From Chiloscyllium plagiosum (taxonomy: Eukaryota), in contig NC_057718.1 in NCBI RefSeq assembly GCF_004010195.1, positions 31,457,479-31,521,478 on the forward strand: a stretch of 64,000 nt of DNA. The letters run 5' to 3'. A model generated the notes under the pieces. That model worked only from the letters and a program-made list of their open reading frames with translations. It was not told the origin of the DNA and searched no databases. Shown here one piece after another: positions 10,949 through 22,639 of the stretch (the stretch's first letter is position 1; every line of letters begins with the position of its first letter). The position numbers and the translations under genes are program-made.

Positions 10949-12811
10949 AGAACATAGAACATAGAGAAGTACAGCGCAGAACAGGCCCTTTGGCCCACGA
11001 TGTTGTGCCGAGATTTAATCCTAATGTAAAATATAATAACCTACGCAGTCTTCAACTCACTGCTGTCCATGTGCATGTCCATCAGTCGCTCAAATGTCCC
11101 TAATGACTCTGCTTCCATCACCACAGCTGGCAACGCATTCCATGCATTCACAACACTCTGCGTAAAAAACCTACCTCTGACATCTCCTTTATACCTTCCT
11201 CCTAATATCTTCAAACTATGATTCCTCGTACCAGTCAATCCTGTCCTGAGAAAAAGTCTCTGGCTATTGACTCTATCCATGCCACTCATTATCTTGTATA
11301 CCTCGATCAGGTCTCCTCTCTTCATCCTTCTCTCCAGAGAGAAAAGTCCGAGCTTATTCAACCTTTTTTCATAAGGCAAGCCCTCCAGACCAGGCAGCAT
11401 CCTGGTAAACCTCCTTTGCACCCTCTCCAAAGCCTCTGTATCTTTCCTGTAGTAGGCGACCAGAACTGGACACAATATTCCAAGTGTTGTCTCACCAGGG
11501 ACTTGTAGAGCTGTAGCAAAACCTCGCAGCTCTTAAACTTGATCCCCCTGTTAATGAAAGGCAAAACACCATATGCTTTCTTAACAACCCTATCCACTTG
11601 GTTGGCAACTTTGAGGGATCTATATACTTGTACACCCAGATTCCTCTGTTCCTCCACATTGCCAAGAAACCTGCCTTTAATCCTATATTCAGCATTCGAG
11701 TTCAACCTTCCAAAACGCATCACTTCGCATTTATCCAGGTTGAACTCCATCTGCCATTTCTCAGCCCAGCTCTGCATCCTGTTTATGTCGTGCTGCAGCC
11801 TGCAGTAGCCCTCGATACTATCAATGACACCTCCAACCTTTGTGTCATCTGCAAATTTACTAACCCACCTCTCAACCTCCTCATCCAAGTCATTTATAAA
11901 AACTACAAAGAGCAGAGGCCCAAGAACACAGCCCTGCAGGACCCCACTCACCACTGACCTCCAGGCAGAATACTTTAGAGTCATAGAGTCATACAGATGT
12001 ACAGCTTGGAAACAGACCCTTCGGTCCAACCTGTCCATGCCGACCAGATATCCCAACCCAATCTAGTTCCACCTGCCAGCACCCGGCCCATATCCCTCCA
12101 AACCCTTCCTATTCATATACCCATCCAAATGCCGCTTAAATGTTGCAATTGTACCAGCCTCCACCACTTCTTCTGGCAGGTATTCCATACACATACTACC
12201 CTCTCCGTGAAAAAGTTGCCCCTTAGGTCTCTTTTATATCTTTCCCCTCTCACCCTAAACCTATGCCCTCTAGTTCTGGACTCCCCCACCCCAGGGAAAA
12301 GACTTTGTCTCTTTATCCTATCCATGCCCCTCATAACTTCGTAAACCTCTATAAGGTCACCCCTCAGCCTCCGATGCTCCAAGGAAAACAGCCCCAGCCT
12401 GTCAGCCTCTCCCTCTAGCTCAAATCCTCCAACCCTGGCAACATCCTTGTAAATTGTTTCTGAACCCTTTCAAGTTTCCGTCTACAACCAATCTCTGCCT
12501 TCTGTCAGCCAGCCAATTTGGAATCCAGATAGCCAAATCTCCCTTTATCCCATACTTCCTGACTTTATGAATGAGCCTACCATGGGGAACCTTATCAAAT
12601 GCCTTGCTGAAGTCCATATACACCACATCCACTGCTCGACCTTCATCGACCTGTCTTGTAACCTCCTCAAAGAACTCAATAAGATTTGTGAGGCATGACC
12701 TGCCCCTCACAAAGCCATGCTGACTGCCTTTAATCACACTATGCTTTGCCAAATAGTCATAAATCCTATCCCTCAGAATTCTTTCCAAAACTTTGCTGAC
12801 CACAGACTAAA
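10949..12811 (-). mobile_element. HER1/CR1 LINE, relatively young, 5'-truncated in RT
   Basis: Long open RT segments: SQHGFVRGRSCLTNLIEFFEEV…DFSKAFDKVPHGRL, GVLQGCVLGPLLFVVFINDL…SKFADDTK, LERVQRRFTRMLPGL. (AGAACAT)n tail. Confidence 0.92.
11977..12477 (-). mobile_element. CR1 3' fragment nested inside CR1
   Basis: (AGAGTCAT)n tail and RRLRGDLIEVYEVMRGMDR. The host reads gcagaatacttt|…|ccgtctacaacc across the insertion. Confidence 0.88.
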
Positions 12812-14129
12812 GGCAGTTTTCAATTGTCTGTTGGCTATTCGTAACTGGATGTTGCAGATTTTCAGATCTTTGGTCTTTGTGCGATCATTTAATTTTATCT
12901 CTAACATATTGATTCCACTGCTTAGCGTGCACAACATCCTTGGTTGTTGCTTCAGCAGGTTAACATCACATTTTTAGGAATGCCTGGTGCTGCTCCAGAA
13001 ATGCTCTCATCATTGACCTCGGGTTGATCTCATTAATGATAACGATGGAGTGAAGGAATATGCTGAACCACAAGGTTACAGGTTGAGTTTGTATACAATT
13101 CTGCTGCTGCTGCTTTCAGCCCATAGCATCTCATAGATGCCCAGTTTCAATCTATCCCATTTAGCACATTGGTAAAGCCACATAACGTGATTGAGAGTAT
13201 CCTCAGTGTGTAGGTCAAACTTTATTTCCACAAGCAATGTATGGTGGTCATTCCTACCTGTGCTGTTCTTGACAGATGAATCTGTGAAAGGTAGACTATT
13301 GAGGAAGACGTAAAGAAGGCTTTTCCCTCTCCACCTGCCATAAACCTAAACCTGGCAGTTCTGCCCAGTAGGAGTCAGACAGTTTGATCAGTCGTGCTGC
13401 CAACAACTCACCTTAGTTGGCCATTCAATTGTCCTATCCAGAGCATCTTCTGTGCCCTTGTTTTGTGTTCCTTCCAAGTGTAGGTGTAGGTTGGCATGGA
13501 GGAGTACTGATTTATCAGCTGAAAAAGGGCAGCATGTGGCAATCAGTAGCATCTTTATCTATGTTTGACTTGATGTTATTAGACTTCATGGGGTGTGGAG
13601 TCAATTTGGAGGACTCCCAGGATCACCACTACTGACTGTGGAACATTACGCCACCACTTTAAGCGGGTCTGTTCAGTCAGTTGGACAGGATATCCTAACA
13701 ATGGTGATGGTGTACCTGGAATATTGACTTTAATGTATATCTCATATTAATGACTATGACTAGATCAGGCTGTTGCTTGACTAATCCGTTGGACAGCTCT
13801 CCAAACATTTGTAGAAGTCCCCAAGTGCTGGGAAGGAGGACTTTGCAGGGTCAACAGGCCAGAGTGTGCAATTAACAGTTACAGTGTTATGTAAATGATG
13901 GATGTTCAGTCCAGTTTTGTGCAGTTTTAAATTTTTCCTGTAGTGATTTGTTATGTCATTTCAGAGGGAATTTAGGAGTCCACATGTTGCTAGATCTAAA
14001 GTCTTATGTAGATTTTACAACACTCTAGTGGTATCATGATCATTATGCCTGGCCAGTTCAATCAGTACAATATGAGCTTCTTAATCTCAGAGTCATGGGC
14101 TTGAGCCCTAATCTAGGCGCCTTGATTTA

Positions 14130-14456
14130 TGGGTGGCACAGTGGCTCAGTGGTTAGCACTGCTCCCTCACAGCACCAGGGACCCAGATTCAATTCCACCG
14201 TCAGGCGACTGTCCGTGAAGAGTTTGCACATTCTCCCCTTCTCTGTGTGGGTTTCCTCCGAGTGCTCCAGTTTACTCCCACAGTCCAAAAGTGTGCAGGT
14301 TAGGCGGATTGGCCATGCTAAATTGCATACAGTGTTCTGGGATGTGCAGGCTAGATGAATTAGCCATGAGAAATGTTGGGGTGGGTCTGGATGGGAGGGT
14401 CTGTGTGAATCTGATGGACGGATCAGCCTATTTCCACACTGCTGAATTCTATGATT
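14130..14456 (+). mobile_element. HE1-type V-SINE
   Basis: GGGTGGCACAGTGGCTCAGTGGTTAGCACTGCT…GATTCAATTCC…V-domain…ATTCTATGATT tail. Confidence 0.9.
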
Positions 14457-15899
14457 GCTGAGGTCAGTTTTTTTTAGTTTCGCAAATTTAAATCCCACCA
14501 GTTGCTGTGCTGGGATTTGTACCTGTGACCCCCAACCAATAGTCACAGCGTCTGATTTACCGGTGACGGTGTCATTACTACAGCACCACCAAATCAATGA
14601 ACACCCTACACTTGCGGAAGGCAGTAAAAAAATGCAAGTCTTTATTCAATTTTTCTGTTAACTCATCTTTTCTTTCTTCTGCCTTCGTGACCATTGTTCC
14701 TATCTGAAAAAATCTGTAGATGCAGGGAAGAGCAGACAAAATCTTATACATTTGATTCTCTGACTGAAATCTGAAGATCTAACAACTATGTGGTAACAAT
14801 GTGAAAGCCTGACCTGAGGGAAGATGTCATTCAAAACTCCTGATGAAAGTACTCTCTCAACAATGTTTTGAGGCATTAGTTTTGACACCTGTGTCGCTTG
14901 TTAGGAGTTTTGTCTGAGACATGTTTCCAAGTGGGAATTGAGGCCATTTGTGAGAGTGCAGTAAATACTCACAAGCAGCTCCTTTTCCACAAACCTGGGT
15001 CTATTTCAAATGCATCTCATTTGTAAGTCCTTCTCCATTTGTTACTTTCAAACTATTTTTGTTGCACACTCTGGAAAATGGCTTACAATGGTTTGGCTTC
15101 TTCAAAATAATTGAAAAGGGAATAGTTAGACGAACAATTAACATAGGTTTGAGGGAATTTAGTGACCTGATGTTTTTTAAACACTCAGACATATATATCT
15201 TATCATAAAATTACTTACAGGACATAATGAAACACATTTATCATGCAATGAATAACATATACATAGGTAAATGAACAGTTATATAGTGAATCACATAAAA
15301 TGTGCATATGCTCAGACAGAAAGTTAATACATTAGAATGAAAGAGGAGTTTTATCATTTGTATGAATTCAGAAAAGCTGAATTATTCAAATACTTATGAT
15401 TGCTTAAGCAGTGGATGTTGATGAGATAATGGAGTGAACTGGCTAAAAATAATTTTTTACACGTAAGATGATAAAACAATCTGAATAACATTGACACTTT
15501 GTAGTTGTTAGGAGCATAAAAGCTATTGGATATATTATAAAGACAGACAAATCAGCAATTCACAGAATTCCCTATACCTACCGCATTTTACGGCAATGCA
15601 GATTCAGCAAGTGATTTGACATTTAGAACAAGTGGTATGTGTAACAATTGTTTGACTACTATAATATATTGAGTTGTTGTTGCAAAACCTTTCTGACATA
15701 AACAAGCATTGGAAGTTGCATGAAATCCTGAACAACATGGTTGTGGTGAGAAATATGGCAGAATCACACAAGAAGTCCTGCAAGGTTAATCCTGATGTTG
15801 AGAACAACTTGACTACAACATTTAATTAAGTTCTGGGCATCGAGGAAAGACCATCACTAGGCAGCAGTGAGTTGTCTGAGAAGGGAGGTTATTGATTGC

Positions 15900-17395
15900 T
15901 GACAATTTTATTAAACTAGGATCTTGTTTCATTAATATGCAGTTTTCCATCATACCACCCGCCGTGAGCAAACTATATGCCAGGAATTCTTGACAAGGAA
16001 GTCAGAGCGAGTACCTAAAGATGCCAGCTTGCTATTTAAGCCAAAGGACCTCCATGTTGGACGTTAGGCAAATAACATCTCAGGGCATGCTCCATGGGCA
16101 CTCGCCACGTGCACTCCATGCCCACAAACATAGGCATCTGATACATGCCAGCCTCTACGAATTCTTATGTGATCCACTACAATGCTGCATCCTCTGGCAC
16201 AATGCCAACTATCATTGTATTGCCACAGCAAGGACACTGCGCACTCAGGGGCATGCACCTAGTTCATGGATTGGAACAGGCTACATCTTTAGGTTGTTTA
16301 CCTGTTCTGTTCATGCTCAACCATTTTGAGCCTGCCTGGATACTCACAAAATCCCTGCCTTACCATGCCTTTGTTGGGCCTTGCCCCTCAGCCAGTGATA
16401 CCAGGCTCATTGTACTGTAGTTTTGGCATGTTATCATGATTGTCAGAAGGGAGATAGCTTTCAGTAAGGATGTCCCATCATAGACTCCCATGAAGGCCAG
16501 TCTCCAATACCAGTCTAGGGGTTTGGGTCACACTCAGTCAGCAGCTCAGGGTGGTCAGTCAGACTCCTCTCTTCGTAAGAGGTGAGAAAGCAAATATCGA
16601 TCATCCCACAACCCGCCTTGACTCTTTCCATCCTACTGAGGCAGTTTTCCTTGTGAATGAGAGAGAAGCAAATATTAAGCGAGATGAAAGTGTTGCTTTA
16701 GATTCAGGTGGGGAGGATCGAGAGTAGGCAGTGCAGATGGCATGCAGCGTTAGTGTTGTCAGAAATTGTGATGGGTGACAGTGAGTTAGGGAAGTTGCTG
16801 TAGGCAATAGTGAGAGTGTTAGAACAAGGACCTTAGTGGGAGATGGGTACAGAAACAGAGATGGAGTATGTTTTACCGGAGAGAAGTTTGGAGAACTAAG
16901 AAGCCACTGATGTTCTTCCAAATTGTTACGTATTCCTTCAGACGGCTGATACTGCACTGACCTGGGTGACAACCTTGGCATGGTCTAGTGTCATAGTCTC
17001 CTCTGCTGATCCTGAGGGAGGAAGATATCCTTTGTCTGCCCACCCCTATCCAACAGAACCACTAGCTCCCTACCTGAAAAGCAGGACACCAATTTTACTT
17101 ATCTGCCTGGTCCGTGAAATCTGTGCAGGGCAGCTCCAGACTGACAGTGCTTGTCCAAATATGCAGTAGCCTATTCAAGATGTTGCTGGTGCCAGGCATT
17201 CTGGAATATTCTGGCAGTTGTTCCTGGTGCATCAATGGGGCTAGAGTTGGACAATAGGGCGCCAGCAGGGCAGGGGAGACAGTTGATGAGGAATGTTTGG
17301 GAAGATGTGGCAGGAAAATCTGCTAGATCTCATGGAGAAAAACGTTTGTGAAGGTCAACTAAACTAACAGCTAAAAAAGTCTAAGATTCAGCCCA
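15900..17395. mobile_element. PIF/Harbinger relic (transposase remnant on +, Myb-like remnant on -)
   Basis: The + strand has CCILWHN-like sequence at ~16180. The - strand has VVTQVSAVSAV*RN (Myb-like) at ~16930-16980. Terminal AGATTCAGCCCA shared with 1639-1650. Confidence 0.55.
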
Positions 17396-18831
17396 CGGAG
17401 GTCTGTCTTATGCTGCTGCACTTATAATCTCTGAATCTGGGGAAAGTTGACCCTGACCATTTGGTCTGCCTGGCTTGTATTAAATCCTGAGCTGGCAATC
17501 TAATAAACATAGCAATTGTAGCTATTGCTGGGCATGGGTATGTTACATCGGTTTGTAAAACCATAGTTGTTAAAGTAGCAAGTAGGGCACACCTTTAGGT
17601 TCTCAACTTTCTCCAAGTATTTTTAACCATTATTGTCATTTTGTCTGGCTGTATATGAGTGACAATTTACCAAGCCAAAGAACTGAATGTTTGCAAATGT
17701 ATGTCAGTCATCCAACTCGAAAACCAATGGCAGCTCAGTTACTTTACCATGCTGAAGCATGGTGAATGCTGGTGAATCCAATTCTCAAGCATTATTCCTT
17801 GACACAGATTCTGCAGACATAGGGCACAGGAACTGAAAGATTAAAACCTATTCTTAATTCTTAAGATTTTCAATTTTTACCAAAATCTTTTTCAAATCGG
17901 CTCATGTCATTAACAGTGTAGTGAAGACTGAGCACATACCTTGACTTGATCTTTTCATTATTCATCTATATCTGTTCATGCCCAGTTTAGCTTATGTCTG
18001 CCTGCTCCTTCTTCTCTTTCAGGTGGTAAGGGTATTGCATCAGCAAAGAGGAAAATAATGCCACTGCTGGTGAGAGCCACCAGGTTACTGATGAAATACA
18101 AATAGTGCTTGGCTGGGTCGACTTCCCTAAGGAATCTGTATGTGCATAATGTAATGATCAATGTTCAAAGCCTGTAGGAAACTTTGTACAGGAAATACCT
18201 GGGAACTGCTCTCATTTTGCTGGTGTTGCTTCATCGAATGAACACAGAGGCCAACTTTTCAAAGAGCCTTTATGAAGCATGATTGTGAGGCAAGATAACA
18301 CAATTAGAACAATGCGATCACTGAAACAAGCTGCTTTATTGATTGTTACCATTAATGTTAATCAGCTCCCTAATCCTGTCAGACTCTGCTTCAAGGCACA
18401 GGTACAGAAAATTCTGAAGAATTGTAACAGAGGTCCAGTGACTAGGATACTATTTATTTAAATGTTCATGCACAAAAGCTGCTTTCTTTTACAAAATATA
18501 CAAGTGTCAAAAGACAACCAAGTTTTCATTTGTTGCTGAAAGTTACTGAACAATTATTATTTGGAAAATTGTTCAATTTGATCATTGTTAGATATTTTAG
18601 ACATTTTTTAAAAATGTAAATATTTTCTGATATTCTAAAAATTCTTAGAAATATGGGTGTAGCCATTGCATGATTGGGTATAACATTGAATCACAACACA
18701 AATAATTACTGTCTTGAGCAATCAATCCTTCAGACTATTATTATTTGAATAATTAATCTGTTTCATTGGTTCAAAGTATTTTCCCATGAAGTTATATTTT
18801 CATAAAGTTAACCATTTGAGTTCAGTTTCCA

Positions 18832-18920
18832 GTGTTCTGTTGAAAGGTCACTAGACTTGAAATGTTAACTCTGTTTCTCTCTCCACAGATGCTGTCTTTC
18901 TCCAGCACTTTGTTTTTATC
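18832..18920 (+). repeat. Penelope-like terminal fragment with decayed hammerhead core
   Basis: gtt-CTGTTGA-a-aggtc/acta/gactt-GAAA-tgtt-aac followed by ctctccacagatgctg…tccagcac. Confidence 0.65.
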
Positions 18921-19229
18921 CCATCCATTATAACACAGCAGTGGGGTGGGGGGAATGGTCAGACTATTGAATACAGGGAAAATCTGATGAGAGGTGAGTT
19001 TTGAGGGCGAGAGACAAAAGCAGAGGATTTTTTTCTGCGAAGCTCTCTTTGTCTCCATTCAGCTGTTGGGTAAATCAAACAATATTTTGATCATTAAAAT
19101 ATTTATTAACAGCATCCTGGAAACAAATTGGCTGTACATTCCTTCTACTCCTCCACGCAGAAGTGGACAGCTGGAGGCTGAGTTGAGGTCAAGTTTGAGG
19201 TTTTTAAAGCTTTGATATGGTCTTAGGTG

Positions 19230-19590
19230 TAAAGATTCAGCCAAAGCTAACTGAGTACAAACCAAACTTGGCAACATGCAGATTATTTGATTGAGTAGTA
19301 CATGTGGTTCCGGTTTTATCAAGTATCAACAATTTGAGCGACAATGGTCCTAGATTAGGAAGGAGAGAACCGGCTCATTCTTGTAATTGCCACTCAAGTG
19401 TTCTGCTTAGGAAAGTGTGTGTTGGTCCATTCTGGATTGGCTGTAGTGGCTGATCGTGACTGAGCAACCTTTCGTTACTCTATTTTCTGGATCATTTGTA
19501 GTAAAAAGGAAAATTAGACAATGAATAGGAGCTGTACCGTGGAACCATAGCCAACATTGTGCCACCACCTTCAGGACAGCGGAAGCAATA
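19230..19590 (+). repeat. Ancient SINE-like repeat, degraded
   Basis: Weak resemblance to reverse-oriented relics at ~30660-30890 and ~46850-46990. Family not determined. Confidence 0.3.
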
Positions 19591-19986
19591 CGAGAAAGGT
19601 GGAAAGAAAATCAGCAAAATGCCTTTACATGTTTATATGCTATCCGTAAAATCTGCAAACTTGTGACCAAACAAGCTGAGAGATGATATTTGTGGCTGAC
19701 ATCTGTTTTTTGTTTCACGAATAATTGTCAAAAGATTCCAGGAATTGTAGATCCTGTTAACACATGTTAAATGTTATTAATAATAAAAACTTGCTGAGAA
19801 TTTGATTAGGCTAGTTTACCAATTTCTTGCACTCTGTCTGACAATGTAAACTAGTGAACAATGAAACTAATTCCAGTGTTTGCATGTCTGGCATGTTAAC
19901 ATATTCTAACTCAGAAGCAGAATCATCACACGAGTAGAGCCAAGTCTGTTCTTTGGTGGAAACTCACTCCAGGGGTTTGATGTATC

Positions 19987-20096
19987 TGGCGCACTGGATA
20001 ACGTATTAGTGTTAAATTCCTGTCTGTGGTATTTTAACGCAGTTGATACCTGTTTAAAATACCACAGACAGCAACTTAATACAAACCAGTGTGCTA
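19987..20096 (+). other. Long stem-loop (candidate structured RNA or ancient palindromic element)
   Basis: Perfect 18-bp inverted repeat CTGTCTGTGGTATTTTAA (20020-20037) / TTAAAATACCACAGACAG (20054-20071), with additional outer stems. Confidence 0.6.
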
Positions 20097-21309
20097 AGAA
20101 TGGCAAGAGGAGAAATTAAACTGCCAAAAGGCTTTAAAATAAACAGGTTAATGACTGCCTTAAAATAGTGCAGACTATAATTTAACATGAATGTATTAAC
20201 AGGAGACTAAAAATAGCATAGAATGGTTATTAAGCTCTTGATTTTGAATCTGGATCAAAGTATGGGTTAGTTCTGAGATACCTAAACAATCCTAGTCTAG
20301 ATTAGTTTGGTACATTGATCTGATTTAGGGACTTATTGCACCCATAGGTTTTTGTTTGAAATATAGTTTATCAGTGTTCTTTTTCTTAGCATTATATTGA
20401 ATTGTTACATTCATCTCATGGGCCAGTAGATTCAGCCTAAAGCAGTTGCAGCAGCACAGGCATAAGGAAAGAATTCTGGCATTTGAAGCTGTTGTATTCT
20501 CTTATTTACATGTCTGTAATCCACAATAACATCACTTTGATCCTGCAAATTGAGAACACTAGACTTTTAAAACATTTGGGTTTAAACAGCAGAAGTAAAC
20601 AAATTGCCTAGGGATGCCTTATGATTAGTTCTTCTCCACAGAACTGTTCAGTATGTGCCACACTGGAATGACTGACCTAAACTGTAAATTGATTATGTAG
20701 AAGAGAAAAATTATGAGCCATTCCAGTACTTATTATCCATTATTTTACTCCATCCTTAGAATTACCGAGGAGTAATAAGATCCACTCACTTTGTTGCTAG
20801 TTATTTTGGCACGAAAGCGTTTTGCTCCAGACTCTTCAATTATTATTCAATAGGCACATTAACAAGCATCCTTTGGACAGAATCCCAACTGCTAAAATTG
20901 GAGTCAGGCTTCGTTACAGATGCAATGGAGGTTCGGAAGAGGGAAGCATTAACGCCCCTGAAAGTGATATCAGGTTCAGAAACCAGACTGAATTCTGGCC
21001 CCTTCTGGTTTTAGTGTGGGGCAGGTTGCAAGTGGATATGAAAACCTTGAAGAGCTGTCAAGTAAGTAATTTGATTGGGTAAATCGTAACTAGTTTAGGA
21101 TTAATCCCAGATTTCTGGCTAGAACCGCAAATATACAGGTTTCCCAAGCTGTTTCCCAAAATCATCAAGATCGACAGGGTAAGATCACAATAGAGAGTGC
21201 CTGCTCAGCGACACTGACAGGCTGGGAAACCTTCAAACAGTGAAAGAGAATTGCTGGAGCATGCCTGAATGACAACCTTGTGATTAGATAGTGTTTTCAG
21301 TGTCTCTTC

Positions 21310-21546
21310 ATCAGCCAGAGAGCAGTGAATCTGTGGAATTCACTGCTGCTGAAGGCTGTGGAGGCCAGGTTATTGAGTATATTTAAGACAGAGATGGATA
21401 GCTTCTTGATTGTCGAAGGGATAAAGGGTTATGGGAAGAAAGCGGGAGAATGGGGTTGAGAAACTTGTCAGCCATGATTAAATGGCGGATCAGACTCGAT
21501 GGGCTGAATGGCCTAATTTCTGCTCTCAAATCTTATGGTCTTATGA
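21310..21546 (+). mobile_element. CR1 LINE 3' end
   Basis: gtgaatctgtggaattcactg…gagatggatag…gggctgaatggcctaatttctgctc…tcttatggtcttatg tail. Confidence 0.8.
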
Positions 21547-21677
21547 CAGATGATTTTCAACTTCTTGGAAGTCACTTCACCTGTCCTGCACTTTGATCAT
21601 GTTCAGCTTCACTTTCCTGCTGTCAGTGTTCACCACAGCACAAGAGCAGCGTCTACAACTTTACCATGCATCACTGT

Positions 21678-22630
21678 TGAGAATAGACCACTCAGTCGTT
21701 CCAGTCTGCTCCACCATTCAACAGGTTCATGGCTGATCTGGTTTTAACCTCAACACTCAAGATTTAAAGATTCTGAATCCACTGACTTTTGAGGAAGGCA
21801 GTTCCAAAGACCGACAATCCCCTGAGGGGAAAAATAGTTTCCTCATCTCCAATTTAAATGAGTGCCCTTTATTTTTAAACTATGAGCCCTAATTCTAGTT
21901 GGGGCGGCATGGTATCTCAGTGGTTAGCACTGCTGTCTCACAGCACCAGGGTCCCATGTTCGATTCCAGTCTCGAGCAACTGTCTGTGTGGAGTTTGCAC
22001 ATTCTCCCAGTGTCTGCCTGGGATTCCTCTGGGTGCTTCGGTTTCCTCCCACAGTCCAAAGATGTGCAGGTTAGGTGGATTGGCCATGCTAAATTGCCTA
22101 TAGTGTTCAGGGATGTGTAGATTAGGTGCATTAGGCAGGGGAAATGTAGAGTAATAGGGTAGGGGAATGGATCTGTGTGGGTTAATTTTCAGAGGGTCAG
22201 TGTAGACTTGTTGGTGCCAAATGGCCTGTTTCTACACTATAAGGATTCTATGATTTAAATTCATATCTCTGAAAACCTTTCATCTCCTCAGTAATCAAGA
22301 ACATTTCTACCTTTACCTTAAAAAGATTTAAGGATTATGAATCCATTGCATTTTGAGGAAGGCAGTTCCAAAGACCGATAACTCTCTGAGGGAGAAAAAG
22401 TTTCCTCATTTCTGATTTAAATGGGTGCCCTTTATTTTTAAAGTATGACCCCTAATTCTAGATTCTCCCACAAGAGGAAACATCTTTTCCATATCCACTT
22501 GGCCAGGTCCCCTGAGGATCTTGCATGTTTCAATTAAGTTACCTCTGACTCTTTTAAACTCCAGAGGATATAGGTCCAGCCTGTCTAGACTTTACTGAAA
22601 ACACAATCCGCTTATTCCTGGTATTAGTTG
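21678..22630 (-). mobile_element. Old CR1 3' fragment with an internal ~140-bp duplication, interrupted by HE1
   Basis: tctgctccaccattcaa…catggctgatctg 3'-UTR motif. 21759-21898 is similar to 22323-22461. Confidence 0.65.
21901..22254 (+). mobile_element. HE1-type V-SINE, full length
   Basis: GGGGCGGCATGGTATCTCAGTGGTTAGCAC…GTTCGATTCC…V-domain…GGATTCTATGATT. Confidence 0.92.
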
Positions 22631-22639
22631 AATAAACCT

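Larger units (their letters stand above)
10790..14040 (-). mobile_element. Older CR1-clade LINE (endonuclease region), split by the younger CR1 at 10949-12811
   Basis: Sequence resumes after the insertion (…cctccagttagtt | gttttcaattgtc…). The decayed segment at 13000-13900 resembles an AP-endonuclease region. Confidence 0.55.

Noticed and set aside
11358..12056. Longest ORF in the track (232 aa) as a gene
   Set aside because: Chimera of a nested CR1 3' UTR and CR1 reverse-transcriptase sequence; truncated and frameshifted.
14130..14200. tRNA genes at the heads of HE1 copies (also 21901, 24571, 45671)
   Set aside because: These are tRNA-derived A/B boxes of SINEs, continuing into the V-domain and LINE-like tail; no proper cloverleaf.
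18005..18110. Strong + strand acceptor (cttcttctctttcAG) at ~18022
   Set aside because: No convincing paired donor or long open frame; isolated acceptors are common by chance.
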